Shown here piece after piece: positions 17,224-20,000 of a DNA stretch of 20,000 nucleotides (positions within the stretch are counted from its first letter, which is position 1; each line of letters begins with the position of its first letter). Source of the DNA: an uncultured virus (IMG/VR IMGVR_UViG_3300013004_000043) (Duplodnaviria; Heunggongvirae; Uroviricota; Caudoviricetes); the IMG/VR virus record IMGVR_UViG_3300013004_000043, positions 51,685 to 71,684 of that record. One strand, written 5' to 3'. Position numbers and translations under genes: made by a program. The notes beneath the pieces are model-generated. The model saw only the letters and a program-made list of their open reading frames with translations, ran no database searches and was not told the origin of the DNA.

Positions 17224-17574
17224 TTAGCTTTTTTTTGGCTGTGACTGGGCGGTTTTTCGCTTCTGTGCGTCTAATCGCTTCCTAGCGGTCTGTACCTGGA
17301 CCTCGTTACTTTCGTTTAGCTTGTGGCTTACGTTGAGCGAGTTCAAAAAGGCGCGAAGGGTCTGAATTGTGATTTGACCTAGGTTAGGGATAGCCAGTAG
17401 TTCTTCAACTGTTTTTGTTGTCAGATGCTTTACGGTGAGTATTCCGTGCAGCTCGAGAGTGTTTTGAGTTCGCAGAGCTAACTGTGTTTCAGCTAGTGAC
17501 ACTTCTAGTACGTCTAGTTTGGGAATTCGATACGTTTGCTTTTTACGGGAAGCAGGCCCACCTACTATTTTCAT
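17224..17574 (-). CDS. Stand-alone RNA polymerase alpha subunit C-terminal domain-like protein
   Basis: LAETQLALRTQNTLELHGILTVKHLTTKTVEELLAIPNLGQITI aligns with the alpha-CTD consensus (i.eLeLsvRs.NcL...gI.tv.dL..kte.eLl.ipNlG.ks). No alpha N-terminal domain is present. Confidence 0.85.
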   Translation of the reverse strand: MKIVGGPASRKKQTYRIPKLDVLEVSLAETQLALRTQNTLELHGILTVKHLTTKTVEELLAIPNLGQITIQTLRAFLNSLNVSHKLNESNEVQVQTARKRLDAQKRKTAQSQPKKS

Positions 17575-17575
17575 A

Positions 17576-17911
17576 TTAGCTCCTAAGTTTTGATTTAAAT
17601 TGGTCGAAAGTGTCGTGAGCTCGCTCGAGAAGTTTATAAATATCCTCGACGTCTAAGTCCATTTCTGCGGCAACATCGGCAACGTCGGTAGATCCGAACA
17701 GCCCAACATCGTCGCACTCGGCTATGAATCTTGCAAATTGCACTAAGTCTACGCACCAGAGGGGTTGCCATACACTATCTGCCGGAATATGATCTGTTTC
17801 TTTTCTTTCTTTTTCTGTAAAGAAAGTCGCCTCATCGATTCCGGTCCAGCCGTGTTCGTTAGACCAAAATGTGTTTTCTTTCAGCTTATGCTGAATTACG
17901 TAGCTTGCCAT
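17576..17911 (-). CDS. Hypothetical phage protein
   Basis: 111-aa ORF with AGGA RBS; FWSNEHGW...ATFF motif. Confidence 0.8.
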   Translation of the reverse strand: MASYVIQHKLKENTFWSNEHGWTGIDEATFFTEKERKETDHIPADSVWQPLWCVDLVQFARFIAECDDVGLFGSTDVADVAAEMDLDVEDIYKLLERAHDTFDQFKSKLRS

Positions 17912-17923
17912 GTTTAATCCTTG

Positions 17924-18472
17924 TTACCGTGATGAATTCCAGGTGACGATTGAGCCCGCTAATCCTGACGTTTTTAACCGACGTGCATCCTCGTGACCGT
18001 ATGCAACCAGACACGATGGCCCGCCGCTGTTTCCTTTAGCTCTGGACCCGTCCGGCTTGTGAAAGAACAATCGACCGTGAAGAAACATCACCGCCGTCGC
18101 ACGCTTCCAGACCTGCTGTACAAAACCTTCGGTTTCTGTTCTTGCGAAAATCAACGCCGTTCCCCGGTCGTGATCTGCTAGACGTTCCATCCACTTCCAC
18201 GCTTCGCTGTACGGCGGATTCAACCAGACGCGACCGTACCACGTGCGGCTGAGTCCGTCCTGATCAACCGTAAATGCGTTTTCTGCACACGCCCATGGTT
18301 GAGGGGTGCATTGGCATGGATCTAAATTGAATGGCCCTAACGCGTCGATGATGTTTTTCGGAGTGATCCACGAATCCGTTGCCCCGCGATTGGGAGAGGT
18401 GTGACCTCCAATTCCTCGCGAGGTGCCAGTGGGATGCAACGGAACAACCGGTTGGTCGTTTTCTATGTTCAT
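17924..18472 (-). CDS. Phage-type DNA N6-adenine methyltransferase (Dam family)
   Basis: WITP, FNLDPC, DGL...W, catalytic VWLNPPYS, ARTET, GRL.F. Confidence 0.92.
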   Translation of the reverse strand: MNIENDQPVVPLHPTGTSRGIGGHTSPNRGATDSWITPKNIIDALGPFNLDPCQCTPQPWACAENAFTVDQDGLSRTWYGRVWLNPPYSEAWKWMERLADHDRGTALIFARTETEGFVQQVWKRATAVMFLHGRLFFHKPDGSRAKGNSGGPSCLVAYGHEDARRLKTSGLAGSIVTWNSSR

Positions 18473-18491
18473 AATTTTTTCCGTTTGTCTG

Positions 18492-18722
18492 TTAATCGCG
18501 ATCGTCCGAACTGTTGGCTGGTACTATTCGTGTAAAAAATTTGTCGTGGTTTAGGTTGATTGCCGCACCGGTTTCTGTCCTGTCTGCCTTTCGCTCTACC
18601 ATCGGCCCCATTCGGCTTTCAATATTGCCGGTAGCTTTTTCCACTATTTCGACGTAAAACATGGGTATGTTCGCATCGTCCATGCTGTTTAAATCCATAT
18701 CACCAAAACTACGTATTGCCAT
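18492..18722 (-). CDS. Hypothetical protein
   Basis: 76-aa ORF with GAGGT RBS. Confidence 0.7.
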   Translation of the reverse strand: MAIRSFGDMDLNSMDDANIPMFYVEIVEKATGNIESRMGPMVERKADRTETGAAINLNHDKFFTRIVPANSSDDRD

Positions 18723-18774
18723 GTTATTAACCTCGATGGTTTGTTGAAAAAAACACTCAATCGGCGTTTAGTCG

Positions 18775-19122
18775 CTACGTTAAACGTTCGACGATAACGG
18801 TTTTAACGGTTTCTGACGTTGCCGGTATTAAGAGAAAACAGCTCGTAGTTTTGATTTTAATACCGCAGCGACTTGCAAACGCTTGCGAAGTTGCACCTGC
18901 GTTTTTTGTAGTTTCCGGCTCTGCGAATACACAGCAATCACCTACAGCCATTATTTTAAGTTCTCTAGCTGAAACCTTTTTAATTTTTGTTGATTTAGCT
19001 ATTTTTTGTCGCAGAACATTAGCTGCATTTGCCAACTCCCAATCGTCTTCTCGTGGTATTTCGTTGCGACTGTCGACAATTTTAATCGCGTCTTCAATCG
19101 ACATTTTCTTTTTTTGTTTCAT
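18775..19122 (-). CDS. Hypothetical protein
   Basis: 115-aa ORF in the minus-strand gene run. Confidence 0.65.
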   Translation of the reverse strand: MKQKKKMSIEDAIKIVDSRNEIPREDDWELANAANVLRQKIAKSTKIKKVSARELKIMAVGDCCVFAEPETTKNAGATSQAFASRCGIKIKTTSCFLLIPATSETVKTVIVERLT

Positions 19123-19170
19123 TTTTTAGTTCTGACACCAGGCTTGAAAATACGAAACGTAAAGCTAACT

Positions 19171-19467
19171 TTAGCTTACTTCTGGTTTGATCTGAGCTAG
19201 TAATTCAAGCATCGCGGTTTCAACTTCTTCTTTGGTTGCTAACTGCAATTTTAGCTGAAGTGCGCGTTCGCGTTTTTGATGCGTCGACAACCGACGTAGT
19301 TCGCGGCTAAAAAGGTCTACGGCAGTTTCCCATGTACGTTTGCCTTTTAAACATTTGTAAGTTTTAAAATCCCACCTTATATCTTGGCTATAAAGTTCAA
19401 CAGATAGCTCTACTTCGATTTTGACTTTACTTCCGTCGTCGCGACGTATGATTTTTTCGTGTCTCAT
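19171..19467 (-). CDS. Hypothetical protein
   Basis: 98-aa ORF with strong AGGAG RBS. Confidence 0.8.
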   Translation of the reverse strand: MRHEKIIRRDDGSKVKIEVELSVELYSQDIRWDFKTYKCLKGKRTWETAVDLFSRELRRLSTHQKRERALQLKLQLATKEEVETAMLELLAQIKPEVS

Positions 19468-19496
19468 GTTATCTCCTAGTAACCACAGTCTTCTAG

Positions 19497-19748
19497 TTAC
19501 ATAAACAGGTTATTTACCGCCACAAAGCTATGTCGAAACTCCGGACCCATAACTTCTAATAGTTGTCGAAGCTTTTCTAATGCCTTTTTAACCGTAACAG
19601 CGGTTTCTTTATCAATTTTGCCTTCAGTTTGTCGTATTTTTATGTATCGCTTAAGTGCTTGTCTTTCTAATTCCGCTATTTGGCTCATGTTTGCTCCTAT
19701 TTTGCGTATTTTGAAGTAATGTTTAAGACCTTGGTTTTCGGTATACAT
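19497..19748 (-). CDS. Hypothetical protein (real start may be 19688, MSQIAE)
   Basis: ORF in the gene run; AGGAG lies just upstream of the internal ATG at 19688. Confidence 0.65.
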   Translation of the reverse strand: MYTENQGLKHYFKIRKIGANMSQIAELERQALKRYIKIRQTEGKIDKETAVTVKKALEKLRQLLEVMGPEFRHSFVAVNNLFM

Positions 19749-19801
19749 TTCATTTGTCGCTGCCCGTCGGTTTAAAACAGGCAGAATAAAAGCTTACGAA
19801 A

Positions 19802-20000
19802 CTAACGTCTTCCGTTTCCAGAGACAGTAGCGTAGCCGTCTCCCCAGCCGCTGCCATCGCCGTAACCGTTGCCGTCGCCAGAGCCGTAGCCGTAGCCGTC
19901 GCCGTAGCCGTAGCCGTAGCCGTAGCCGTAGCCGTAGCCGTTGCCGTAGCCGTAGCCGTTGCCGTCGCCAGAGCCGTAGCCGTAGCCGTTGCCGTCGCCA
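19802..20000 (-). CDS. 3' end of a Gly-X (GYG/GDG/GNG/GSG) repeat protein (5' part outside the window)
   Basis: Frame from 19999 reads ...GDGNGYGYGSGDGNGYGYGNGYGY...GDGSGWGDGYATVSGNGRR and stops at TAG 19804-19802. Confidence 0.8.
   Translation of the reverse strand, partial: GDGNGYGYGSGDGNGYGYGNGYGYGYGYGYGYGDGYGYGSGDGNGYGDGSGWGDGYATVSGNGRR
19830..20000. repeat. Hexamer tandem repeat, (GCCGTA)n with variants
   Basis: Units GCCGTA, GCCGTC, GCCGTT and GCCAGA; the higher-order block CCGTTGCCGTCGCCA occurs three times; continues past the window edge. Confidence 0.95.

Noticed and set aside
19830..20000. Repeat as a CRISPR array or period-5 GGY-NN guide array
   Set aside because: The period is 6, there are no unique spacers, and it reads as an in-frame Gly-X peptide ending in a stop.

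Overview
This window is a phage-like (large dsDNA phage or prophage) DNA replication/recombination region with tightly packed, mostly translationally coupled genes, all on the minus strand except one. In transcription order it holds: small hypothetical genes (including a partial Gly-X repeat protein at the right edge, a Dam-type adenine methyltransferase and a stand-alone RNA polymerase alpha-CTD-like protein); a 350-bp non-coding region framed by a perfect 22-bp inverted repeat and packed with palindromes; a Cys-cluster protein resembling HUH Rep/IS91 zinc domains; SbcD and SbcC; two uncharacterised genes; an SF2 (UvsW-like) helicase; a DnaB-like helicase; a primase; and a family A DNA polymerase with an N-terminal uracil-DNA glycosylase-like domain. 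The most interesting signal is the gene pair coupled directly behind sbcCD. One is a 274-aa protein with a weak IS110/Nop-domain-like segment. The other is a 158-aa protein with the motif layout of a minimal RAMP (Cas7/Csm3-like) fold. No CRISPR array or other cas gene is visible in the window, so this is a candidate phage RNA-binding or RNA-guided module. All family calls come from motif recognition by eye; no searches were run.
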